From Vulcanimicrobiota bacterium (GTDB lineage: Bacteria > Vulcanimicrobiota > Vulcanimicrobiia > Vulcanimicrobiales > Vulcanimicrobiaceae), in NCBI GenBank assembly GCA_963777315.1, contig CAVZQC010000002.1, positions 320,001-384,000 of the forward strand: a DNA stretch of 64,000 nt, given 5' to 3'. The translations under genes were made by a program, and so were the position numbers. Below, one piece after another: positions 19,694 to 28,026 of the stretch. Positions within the stretch are counted from its first letter, which is position 1. Each line of letters begins with the position of its first letter. The notes beneath the pieces are model-generated. The model was not told the origin of the DNA, made no database searches, and worked only from the letters and a program-made list of their open reading frames with translations.

Positions 19694-20236
19694 TTATTTC
19701 ATGACCATTCGCGTGAGCTTCACGTCCGAAGTGAAGGTGTTGCCGGTGAGCATCTGCCGGGCTCCGCCCTGCATGCCCGCGATCCGCACGTGACCGCTTC
19801 CGTGCAGCAGCCCGGCGCTCTGATCGTAGGCGAGCCGATCGCACGTCAGCGTCAGCCCCGTGCTGGTCTTGGCATGAACGCCGCCCGAGAGCACGACCTG
19901 CTTGCCGCCGCCCTCGAGCGACGCCGTCGGCGCCTGGGCCGTCATCCTCGTACCGTCCTTGTCGTAAAAGGTTACCGTCGGCTCCTGAAACGTTCCTTGG
20001 GCGGCGTTCTGCGCCGACCGGCTGGTGTACGAACGCGTCACCAGCTGGTAAACCTTGCGGTTACCCGATTGCTGAACGATGGTAACGGGATGTTTGGACG
20101 TTCCCTTTCCGGTTATCGTTAGGGCCGGCATGCTGCTGGGCTGGGGGGACGGGGTGGAATTTTGCGCGGGCTGCTGCGGTTGCGGATTGCAGGCCGCAAG
20201 CGCCAGCGCCAGACCGATCCAACCGGTTTTCATCAC
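19694..20236 (-). CDS. lptC: LptC-like LPS export periplasmic protein (lipoprotein signal)
   Basis: Directly upstream of lptB; beta-jellyroll pattern; LALAAC lipobox; start GTG 20236 or ATG 20233. Confidence 0.75.
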   Translation of the reverse strand: MMKTGWIGLALALAACNPQPQQPAQNSTPSPQPSSMPALTITGKGTSKHPVTIVQQSGNRKVYQLVTRSYTSRSAQNAAQGTFQEPTVTFYDKDGTRMTAQAPTASLEGGGKQVVLSGGVHAKTSTGLTLTCDRLAYDQSAGLLHGSGHVRIAGMQGGARQMLTGNTFTSDVKLTRMVMK

Positions 20237-21435
20237 ACTTCTCCCAGTCCGTGCGCTGCCGCCGCCAGCGCAAGCGCCATCGACGGCAGCCATAGCCCGA
20301 AGATGACGACGCTCACGGTATCGATGAGGCCTTGCACCCACGTCCCCACCAGTCCCGCCGCAACGGCGAGCGCTATGGCCGCATGGGCCGGAGGAGCCGC
20401 ACGCAGCCGGTCGTTCAACGCCACGCCGAACCGCCACCAGGCCGCCAGCACCGCAACTAGCCCTACCAGTCCCGTTTCGGCAAATATCGTCAGCAAAAAG
20501 CTGTGGGCGTGAAACGCCTGCACGTCGCCGTCGGGCAAACGCACCAGCGGATAGATTCGGGCAAAATCAAACGGACCCACGCCGGTGAGCGGAAAGCGGC
20601 GCGCGATCTCGACGCCGGCTTGCCAAATCGACAGACGCGTGTAGTTTTCAGCCGGATTGTGATGCGCGTTGAAGACGACCAGCACCGCCGCCAGACCCGC
20701 CAGCAAAATCAGCGGCGCGTATCGCCGGCGTACGCTTCCGCTGAAGAACGCATAAAACGCTATTGCGGCCGCCAATCCCATCCAGCCCGCGCGCGAAAAC
20801 GTCAGCACGAAGGCGGCGGATCCCAGTACGAGCGCGCACCAGCCGGCAACGCGCAGGCGAGCATCGTTCGTGATTCGCGCAACCGCAAACGCTATCGGCA
20901 GAAAGATGATGAGATATCCGGCCAGCTCCCCAGGGAGAATAAACGTTCCGATCGCGCGTCCGTGACCGATCGCGTACTGATCTGCCGGCCGCCGCGCGAG
21001 CACCATGAGGATCGCGGTCAGCGACGCAAGCGCGCCGGAAAGCAGATAACTCCAATAGATCGCGCGGCTCACGCCGGGTTGGGCATAAAAGCGCAGCAAG
21101 CTCAAATGCCACAACAGCCCTAAACCGAAGATGCCGATGAACAGCATCCCCGCTGCAGGATCGAATCCCAGAACGGCCGATACGAAGGCGGCGCACAGCC
21201 ACGCACACAACGCCGGCAGGGTGGCGGCCCGGTGCAGCGGCGGCTGCAGCAGCATCCCGGCTGCGTACACCGACAGCACTGCCATGGCCGCCAGCAGCCC
21301 AACGGCGAACGCGCGCGGCACGAGCGAAACGCCCGGAATGGTGACTGCCGTCAGCGTGATGAACGGCGGAAAGAGCGGCAGCACGAAGTACGGCAGCGCC
21401 AGTGCCGCCGGCATGAACGTCCTCAACCGCACCAT
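20233..21435 (-). CDS. O-antigen ligase (WaaL/Wzy_C)-like membrane protein
   Basis: Many TMs; RAIGTF, TFSRAGW, RLSIW, PLTGVG, HAHS...ETGLVG motifs. Confidence 0.88.
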   Translation of the reverse strand: MVRLRTFMPAALALPYFVLPLFPPFITLTAVTIPGVSLVPRAFAVGLLAAMAVLSVYAAGMLLQPPLHRAATLPALCAWLCAAFVSAVLGFDPAAGMLFIGIFGLGLLWHLSLLRFYAQPGVSRAIYWSYLLSGALASLTAILMVLARRPADQYAIGHGRAIGTFILPGELAGYLIIFLPIAFAVARITNDARLRVAGWCALVLGSAAFVLTFSRAGWMGLAAAIAFYAFFSGSVRRRYAPLILLAGLAAVLVVFNAHHNPAENYTRLSIWQAGVEIARRFPLTGVGPFDFARIYPLVRLPDGDVQAFHAHSFLLTIFAETGLVGLVAVLAAWWRFGVALNDRLRAAPPAHAAIALAVAAGLVGTWVQGLIDTVSVVIFGLWLPSMALALAAAAHGLGEV

Positions 21436-22562
21436 CGCGCCACCTCCCGTGCGATCGTTTTGGCTGCACCGGGCGGTCCCATCCGGCTGCGGCCTGCCTG
21501 GCTCATGCGTGCGCGCAGCGATTCATCGCCGAGCACGCGATCGACGCACTGAGCCGGATCGGGATCGTTCGGGCCCAATACCAGCAGCGCTTCACCCAGC
21601 AATGCGATCTGGCGATTGCGATACCACGCGCGCCGCCCGGAAGGCTCCAGCGCGACGACCGGAATTCCGGCCGCTGCCGCAGCTTCGTTCGCCGTTCCGG
21701 CTTGACCCAGCACCAGCGCGCAAGCGCGCAGCATTGCACCGGGGGATCCGCGCCACGCGCGCACGATTTCGCGTTCGTTCTCGTACAACGCAAAGGGCGC
21801 ATCCCGCGCGCCGCTGCGCCGCACGTCCCAGCCGGCGGCGGCAAGTCCGTTCGCCATCGAATCCGGATCGAGTCCCGGCGCAACCGAAAGCAGGGCGCCC
21901 AGCCGCTCGTGCCGGCCGGCAAGGTCGCGCACCACCGCGCACAAGACGATTGCATCGCCGTACGCGGCTTGCCGGCTGCCCGGAAAGAGCGCGAGGCATG
22001 GATCGAACGGCACATCGACGGTTTCGCTCGCGGGACCGGCATAGAGATCGACGATGACGTTTGCGCTGCGCGCGTCGATGCCGCGCTCGCGCAGATCCAG
22101 CGCCGTCGCCTCGTCCCGTACGTAGACTGCCTGCGCTTTGCGAAGGACGAGCTGTTCCAATGCGCCGTACCGAGCGACGTACACGCTCTTGGCCGTGCCC
22201 ACGAAAATGGTCGCGCGCGCACGTGCGCCCAGCGCCATCAGCAGCGCGTAGACGTCGCCCACGGCGATTGCCGCACAATACGTCTGCGCCACGCCGTGCA
22301 GAAAACGCAGCTGCGCCAACGTGTGGGCCGGCAGCCCCGCGCGCACGTCTTGCAGGATGTTGCGTACGTTCCCCATAGCGATCAGACCGCCGCTGGGCAT
22401 CGCGCGGCGGGGGCCGACGTCGCGCATCGCGGACTGGTGCGGAAAATCGCCGACCAGAGCCAGATGATCGCACGCGAGAGCAGACGGCAGTTCGCGCGCG
22501 ATCCGCGCGGCGATAGCCACCTCGCCATGTCCGTTCGTCACCACGAGCGCGGTGTTCGTCAC
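21423..22562 (-). CDS. Lipid-A-disaccharide synthase-related GT-B protein (TIGR03492-like)
   Basis: TNGHGE, MPSGG, AVGD, FVGTAKS, PGSR, AGTANE, RMGPPGA motifs; GTGA overlap with the upstream stop. Confidence 0.85.
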   Translation of the reverse strand: MTNTALVVTNGHGEVAIAARIARELPSALACDHLALVGDFPHQSAMRDVGPRRAMPSGGLIAMGNVRNILQDVRAGLPAHTLAQLRFLHGVAQTYCAAIAVGDVYALLMALGARARATIFVGTAKSVYVARYGALEQLVLRKAQAVYVRDEATALDLRERGIDARSANVIVDLYAGPASETVDVPFDPCLALFPGSRQAAYGDAIVLCAVVRDLAGRHERLGALLSVAPGLDPDSMANGLAAAGWDVRRSGARDAPFALYENEREIVRAWRGSPGAMLRACALVLGQAGTANEAAAAAGIPVVALEPSGRRAWYRNRQIALLGEALLVLGPNDPDPAQCVDRVLGDESLRARMSQAGRSRMGPPGAAKTIAREVARWCG

Positions 22563-23290
22563 GGCCGCAGCGGCAGCAGCGCGAAGTCGGCCAGGCGCCA
22601 GCGCGAACCATCGTACTGTAAGTCGCTGCGCGACACGTACTTTCCGTACGGACCGGCGTGCACGATTGGAACGCCGCGCACCATTGCGGGCTCGGCCAGC
22701 GTATCGTGACTGTGGCCGCCGAGCAGCAGATCGATGCGCGGCACCGCCGCCGCCAGCCGCTTGTCGAGCGACAAGCCCAAGTGCGAGAGGACGATCAGCG
22801 GTTCGTTCGGCGCGAGATGCGCCGCAATATCGCAAACGACCGTCGCCGGATCCAAAAACCGCCAGCCGAAGAGGCGCTCCCACGCACTGCCGATCGGATA
22901 TTGCATGATAAGCAATCCGAGCACGTGCACCGGTACCGGCGTCGACGAAACCCCGGGTCGAAACTCCAGCGTCAGCTTGCGGGAGAACGGCAGCGCGCGA
23001 TTTCGCGTGTCGACCAAATTGCTGCACACCAGCGGATGCCGCATTTGCGCCGCGCGCGCCCGAACGCATCCGAACAGGTAATGAAACTCGCGGTTGCCGA
23101 TCGCTTGCGCATCGTACGCGGCCGCATCGATTTCCGCGATAATGGGTTCCCGGCGGTGAAAAACCGTTTGGCTGCCGCGCAGCGAATCGCCGCAGTCGAA
23201 CAGCAGCCCCGCATCGCTAGCGCGCAGCTCGCGCAGCCGCGGCGCGATGCCGCGGCGATCGTGCAGATCCGAAGTATGGTACACGAGCAT
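22559..23290 (-). CDS. Calcineurin-like metallophosphoesterase (UshA/5'-nucleotidase N-domain only)
   Basis: HTSDLH, DCGD, GNRE, LSHLG, GGHSH motifs; 243 aa; ATG 2 nt after the lpxB stop. Confidence 0.9.
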   Translation of the reverse strand: MLVYHTSDLHDRRGIAPRLRELRASDAGLLFDCGDSLRGSQTVFHRREPIIAEIDAAAYDAQAIGNREFHYLFGCVRARAAQMRHPLVCSNLVDTRNRALPFSRKLTLEFRPGVSSTPVPVHVLGLLIMQYPIGSAWERLFGWRFLDPATVVCDIAAHLAPNEPLIVLSHLGLSLDKRLAAAVPRIDLLLGGHSHDTLAEPAMVRGVPIVHAGPYGKYVSRSDLQYDGSRWRLADFALLPLRP

Positions 23291-23292
23291 CG

Positions 23293-24408
23293 CTATGCGT
23301 TCCGGGCCAGCGCGACTGCGAATGCGGCGCACTTTTCGAGCGCATCCGGCGACCCCAGCGCTTCGCGCAGATCGCTCAGCTGCCGATACTGCCGCTGCGG
23401 ATAGTGCAGCAAGTCGTCCATTGCGGCCGCAAGCGCTGCGGGCGTGGCATCGTGCTGCAGCAGTTCGGGAACCGCTTCCCGCTGTAAAACCAAATTCGGG
23501 AGCGTCACGAAACGGCCCGGATAGACCCGGCGCGCGTGGCGAACCAGCGCGGGTGCCAGAATGTACAGCGCGACCGCCGGCACGCCCGAAAGTGCGCACT
23601 CCAGAACGGCGGTCCCCGAGGCTACCCACGCCGCATCGGCATCGGCGATCGCCTCACGGGTTCCGCGCACGAATCGTACGCTTTCGACGCCGAAACGCGC
23701 GGCGTGCGCGCGCAGCGTTCGCTCCGCTCGTGCGTCGGCCGCACCCACGACGGCGCGCAGCTGCGGACGGCGCACGCGCAGTTCGTTGAACGCGGCGAAC
23801 AATGCGGGCGCGTGGTAACGCAACTCGGTGTCGCGGCTGCCCGGCAAAATCGCGACGCAGCCGCCGGCTGCGCTCGGCGCCTGGCGCGCAGGGCGCAGCG
23901 CGTACTGCGGTGCAAGCGGATGACCGAAGTACTCGACGCGCAAACCGAGCCTACGGTAAAACTCGTACTGGTGCCGGAATGCCGTAAGCGGCACGGCCAG
24001 CGCTGCAACTTCCCGGGCCGTACGCTCGCGGTCCAGCCACGTCGCGGGCGGAAATACGTCGAGGATCGGCCCGGCGTATCCGATCGAACGCAGGCGTTTC
24101 GCCAAACGCAGATTGAACGCGCCGAAGTCGACGAGCACGACGAGCTGCGGCCCCGAGCGCGCGATGTGACGCGCCGTAGCCAGCATTGCGAGCAGCAGCT
24201 TCGGAACGCGCGGAACGGCGGCCAACGGTCCGATGCTGGCCCACCCGGAATGATCGCGCCAGAGCGCAAAGCCGGCCCGGCGCATGCGCGCGGCGCCGAT
24301 GCCTTCGAATTGCGCCTGTGTGTCGATGCGCGCGATTGCGCCGGCAAGAATCGTGGCGGCCAGCTCCCCCGAAGCCTCACCGGTCGAAAAGAAATAGCGC
24401 ATAATCAC
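23293..24408 (-). CDS. lpxB: Lipid-A-disaccharide synthase
   Basis: GEASGE, VDFGAFN, GHPL, LPGSR, SGTAVLE, LPN, PELLQ motifs. Confidence 0.93.
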   Translation of the reverse strand: MIMRYFFSTGEASGELAATILAGAIARIDTQAQFEGIGAARMRRAGFALWRDHSGWASIGPLAAVPRVPKLLLAMLATARHIARSGPQLVVLVDFGAFNLRLAKRLRSIGYAGPILDVFPPATWLDRERTAREVAALAVPLTAFRHQYEFYRRLGLRVEYFGHPLAPQYALRPARQAPSAAGGCVAILPGSRDTELRYHAPALFAAFNELRVRRPQLRAVVGAADARAERTLRAHAARFGVESVRFVRGTREAIADADAAWVASGTAVLECALSGVPAVALYILAPALVRHARRVYPGRFVTLPNLVLQREAVPELLQHDATPAALAAAMDDLLHYPQRQYRQLSDLREALGSPDALEKCAAFAVALARNA

Positions 24409-24448
24409 AACGCGCTGCGCGCATGGCCGACCGCGGCGCGCAGCGGGT

Positions 24449-25219
24449 TCACTTCAGTAGTATGCCGCGCTGTGATTCGCCTTCCAAAAACTCGAGCATG
24501 TGGCGCCCGGAATCGGTATTGACCTCGGTGCGCATGGCTTCAATGGTTTGCGACAGCTTGCGCTTGGAGCCGTTGAGCAGTTTGTAGAGTTTTTTGATTT
24601 CGGCTCGTTCGCGCTCGCTGAAGTTGGCTCGGCGCAGGCCGATGCTGTTGAGCCCATAGGGCGTGGCCGGATTGCCTTCGACCAAAAAAAACGGCGGTAC
24701 GTCGCGGGTCACCTTCGAATCGCCGCCGACGAAAGCATAGCGCCCCACGCGAACGAACTGATGCAGCCCGGCCATGCCCGCGATCGAAGCGTTGTCTTCG
24801 ATGATGCAGTGACCGGCCAGCTGCGCAAGGTTGCTCATCGTGATGCCGTTGCCCAAGGTGCAATTGTGCGCGACGTGCACGTACGCGAGCAGCAGGCAGT
24901 CATCGCCCACGCACGTGGCCTGGTCTTCGCCGGTCGCGCGTTGAATGCTCACGTATTCGCGCACGGTCGTGCGGGAGCCGATGCGCGTGTACGCCCGTTC
25001 GCCCATGTATTTTTTGTCCTGCGAGGCGGCGCCGACCGTTGCGAACGGGTAGATGAGGCAGTCTTCGCCGATGGTCGTCCACCCGTTGACCACGACATGC
25101 GCCTGCAGTACCGTGCCGCGCCCGATCGAAACGTTTTCCCCGACGACGCAGTACGGCCCGATCTCGACGCCCCGGTCCAGCTTCGCGCTGGGATGTACGA
25201 TGGCGGTAGGATGGATCAC
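24449..25219 (-). CDS. lpxA: UDP-N-acetylglucosamine O-acyltransferase
   Basis: IHPTAIVH hexapeptide repeats, HVAHNC, LAGH, HQF, DVPPF, GLNSIGLRR; GTG start overlaps the fabZ stop. Confidence 0.97.
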   Translation of the reverse strand: MIHPTAIVHPSAKLDRGVEIGPYCVVGENVSIGRGTVLQAHVVVNGWTTIGEDCLIYPFATVGAASQDKKYMGERAYTRIGSRTTVREYVSIQRATGEDQATCVGDDCLLLAYVHVAHNCTLGNGITMSNLAQLAGHCIIEDNASIAGMAGLHQFVRVGRYAFVGGDSKVTRDVPPFFLVEGNPATPYGLNSIGLRRANFSERERAEIKKLYKLLNGSKRKLSQTIEAMRTEVNTDSGRHMLEFLEGESQRGILLK

Positions 25220-25689
25220 TGATGCAGAACCGCCGCGTCGAACCCGAACAGACGCGGATCGGACGCGATCGAAAACATCAACTCGGCGGAAACGACGAAC
25301 TGATCCTCGACGCGGCCTTCGGCATGCACCCAGCCGATGTTTCGCTTGTGTTTGGTCAGCGTTACTTCCATCGTAAAGCGGTCTCCGGGCACGACCGGAC
25401 GGCGAAACTTGGCCGAATCGATGCCCGCCAGATACGGCGTCTTGCGCGAGAACTCGCCCGGTTCGAGCACGACGCATCCGCCCAGCTGCGCGAGCGCTTC
25501 TATCATGTAGACGCCGGGAAGCAGCGGGTTGCCGGGAAAGTGCCCGGTGAAGACCGGTTCGGTTGCGGTGACGTTTTTGTATCCGACGGCCCGCACGCCC
25601 GGCTCCAAATACGTTATGCGATCGACCAGCAAAATCGGATAGCGGTGCGGCAGAATTTCCATAATCTGCCGGATGTCCAGCTCGGCCAC
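25216..25689 (-). CDS. fabZ: 3-hydroxyacyl-ACP dehydratase
   Basis: LPHRYPILLVDR, FTGHFPGNPLLPGV, EALAQ, FRRPVVPGD. Confidence 0.97.
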   Translation of the reverse strand: MAELDIRQIMEILPHRYPILLVDRITYLEPGVRAVGYKNVTATEPVFTGHFPGNPLLPGVYMIEALAQLGGCVVLEPGEFSRKTPYLAGIDSAKFRRPVVPGDRFTMEVTLTKHKRNIGWVHAEGRVEDQFVVSAELMFSIASDPRLFGFDAAVLHQ

Positions 25690-25691
25690 CG

Positions 25692-26534
25692 CTATTGAAC
25701 GCCCGCGGAGGGCAGTTTGGTCTGCATGCCGCGGCGCAGCTGGGCGGTTGCGATGCAGTGCAGCTTGTGACCGCTCTTGACGGCGACGATCTCGCATTGC
25801 GGCCACGCGCCCAGCAGCGCGACGTCGCCGAGCAGATCGAGCACCTTGTGGCGCACGGGCTCGTTGTCCCAGCGCATCGGCTGCATGGGGCCGTCAGGCG
25901 CGAACACCAAAGCGTTTTCCAGCGTGCCGCCGCGCGCGAGGCCGCGTTCGCGCAGCGCTTCGACTTCGTGCAGATAGCCGAAGGTGCGCGCCGGCGCGAT
26001 CTCCTTGCAGAAGAATTCCGGCGTGATTTCGCCGTCGAAATACTGCGTGCCGATCGGCGGGGCGAAATCCGCCACGAAGCGTACGCCCAGCTGCGACGCC
26101 GGCAGAACGATGACGACCCGATCCCCGTCGCGCACGAATTCCGGCGTCATCGGCACGAAGCGCGGGCGCACTTCGCGCTGCGCGACCGCGCCGACCTCGG
26201 CGAAGGCTTGCGCGAACAGTCTGGCGCTCCCATCGGCAACCGGAATCTCGGGTCCGTCGACATGGATCCGCGCGTTGGCGATCCCCATCGCAAAAATCGC
26301 GGCCAGCAAATGCTCGATCGTCGAGATCGTCGTGCCGTTCTTGCCGATCACCGTTGCGCGCGCGGTTTCCACGACGTTTTCGGCCAGCGCGGGAATCTCG
26401 ACGCCGCGCGTGACGAAGCACAGACCCGTATCCGCCGGTGCCGGCCGCACTTGCACGCGGCACGCCGCGCCCGTGTGCAGTCCGACGCCTTCGAACCGCA
26501 CGCAATCGCGCAGCGTCGTTTGGAATTCCATCAT
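25692..26534 (-). CDS. lpxC: UDP-3-O-acyl-GlcNAc deacetylase
   Basis: GVGLHTG, TIEHLL, IAPARTFG, RHKVLDLLGD, GH motifs. Confidence 0.97.
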   Translation of the reverse strand: MMEFQTTLRDCVRFEGVGLHTGAACRVQVRPAPADTGLCFVTRGVEIPALAENVVETARATVIGKNGTTISTIEHLLAAIFAMGIANARIHVDGPEIPVADGSARLFAQAFAEVGAVAQREVRPRFVPMTPEFVRDGDRVVIVLPASQLGVRFVADFAPPIGTQYFDGEITPEFFCKEIAPARTFGYLHEVEALRERGLARGGTLENALVFAPDGPMQPMRWDNEPVRHKVLDLLGDVALLGAWPQCEIVAVKSGHKLHCIATAQLRRGMQTKLPSAGVQ

Positions 26535-26546
26535 TCGCGCGCCGCT

Positions 26547-27596
26547 TTACGGTTCGGAATCGCCGCCGTGCTCTGCATCGTGCGGCCGCTGCTTCTCCAG
26601 GGCGTCGACACGGGCAACCAGCTTAGGCAGGCTTGCAAGCATGACCTCTCGACGCAGTTCCTGCCCGTGCGGACGCGCCGGGCGGCCGCTCACGAACGCA
26701 TCGTCGGGAACGTCTCCCCACACCGCGCTGCCCGCGCCGATTTTTGCGCGAGATCCGATTGTGATGTGTCCTTTGAATCCCGCTTGTCCGCCGACTTGAA
26801 CGTAATCGCCGATCACCGTGCTGCCCGCGAGCCCGACTTGCGCGGCCATGCCGGTGCTTCGCCCGATGCGGCAGTTGTGTCCGATTTGGCACAGGTTGTC
26901 GATCTTGGTGCCCGCGCCGATCTGCGTGCTTCCGGTTTGGGCGCGATCGATGCACGTATTGGCGCCGACTTCCACGTCGTCGCCCAGCACGACGTTGCCG
27001 ACCTGCGGGATGCGTTCGAACCGCCCCTCTACAAAAACGTAGCCGAAGCCTTCGCTGCCTACGGTCGCGCCCGGATGAAGAATGACGCGCTTGCCGATCG
27101 CGCAGCCGTCCATGACGCGCGCTTGCGGATACAGCAGCGCATCTTCTCCTAGGTCGACGCCTTCGCCGACGAACGCCCCTGCCCCAACGACGCAGCCGTC
27201 GCCGACGCGCGAACCCGCGCCGATCACCGCGTTTGCGCCGATGTACACGCCCGCGCCGATGGCCGCAGTGGGATGGACGCTGGCGGCCGGATCTTGCGAA
27301 GGAGCGGGTTTGCGAACGCGATCGAACGCGCGCAACAACCGCATGAGCGCGACGCGCGCATCGGGCACCGCGATCAGCGGCTTGCGTTCCTCGCCGTGAA
27401 TAAGGGACTGGTCCACCAGAACCGCGGCGGCGTGCGAATCCAGCGCAGCCTTCAGGTAGGCCGAACTCGTGGCGAACGTCAGCGCATCGTCGCCGGCTTG
27501 CTCGATGGCCGCAATGCGCGATATGGAAAGATCCGGCGGCCCGTGCGCGACTCCACCGGCCAGCTGCGCGAGTTCCGAGAGAGTTCCCAGGCTCAC
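26547..27596 (-). CDS. lpxD: UDP-3-O-(3-hydroxyacyl)glucosamine N-acyltransferase
   Basis: Hexapeptide repeats, GSEGFGY, IPQVG, GANTCIDR, KIDNLCQIGHN. Confidence 0.97.
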   Translation of the reverse strand: MSLGTLSELAQLAGGVAHGPPDLSISRIAAIEQAGDDALTFATSSAYLKAALDSHAAAVLVDQSLIHGEERKPLIAVPDARVALMRLLRAFDRVRKPAPSQDPAASVHPTAAIGAGVYIGANAVIGAGSRVGDGCVVGAGAFVGEGVDLGEDALLYPQARVMDGCAIGKRVILHPGATVGSEGFGYVFVEGRFERIPQVGNVVLGDDVEVGANTCIDRAQTGSTQIGAGTKIDNLCQIGHNCRIGRSTGMAAQVGLAGSTVIGDYVQVGGQAGFKGHITIGSRAKIGAGSAVWGDVPDDAFVSGRPARPHGQELRREVMLASLPKLVARVDALEKQRPHDAEHGGDSEP

Positions 27597-27609
27597 GAGC
27601 GCGCGGCGG

Positions 27610-28026
27610 TTACTGCGATGCCGAGGGGGCGGGCGACGGGCTCTCGGTGATCCCCATAGCCTTCTCGACGTCCGGCGTGATGTCTGTGCCGCCGTATCCC
27701 ACGAATTCTCGCGTCACGATGAGCTTGAGATTCTTCTGCTGGGCGACTTTGGCGGCGGCGCTTTTGATCTGCTGAACCAGCTGCTGCGATATCGCAGCAT
27801 ATTTGGCTTGCATCTGCGCGACGACGCGCTGTTTTTGGGCCGGAGAACCCCTTCCGGACTGCACGGCGCGCTCGTCGGCCAGCATCTGGTTGTTGGCGTT
27901 GGCGTATTGCGGCCAGTTCGACGTGATGCGCTGCACGTCGATTAGGCCCACAGGGCTCGTGCTCGCGCTGCAGCCGCCGAGGAGCGCCGCAGCCAGCGCT
28001 GCTGCGAGTATGCTGTTATTCTTCAC
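27610..28026 (-). CDS. Short OmpH/Skp-like lipoprotein
   Basis: LLGGC lipobox; VGLIDVQRI N-strand; YGGTDITPDV C-terminus. Confidence 0.8.
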   Translation of the reverse strand: MKNNSILAAALAAALLGGCSASTSPVGLIDVQRITSNWPQYANANNQMLADERAVQSGRGSPAQKQRVVAQMQAKYAAISQQLVQQIKSAAAKVAQQKNLKLIVTREFVGYGGTDITPDVEKAMGITESPSPAPSASQ

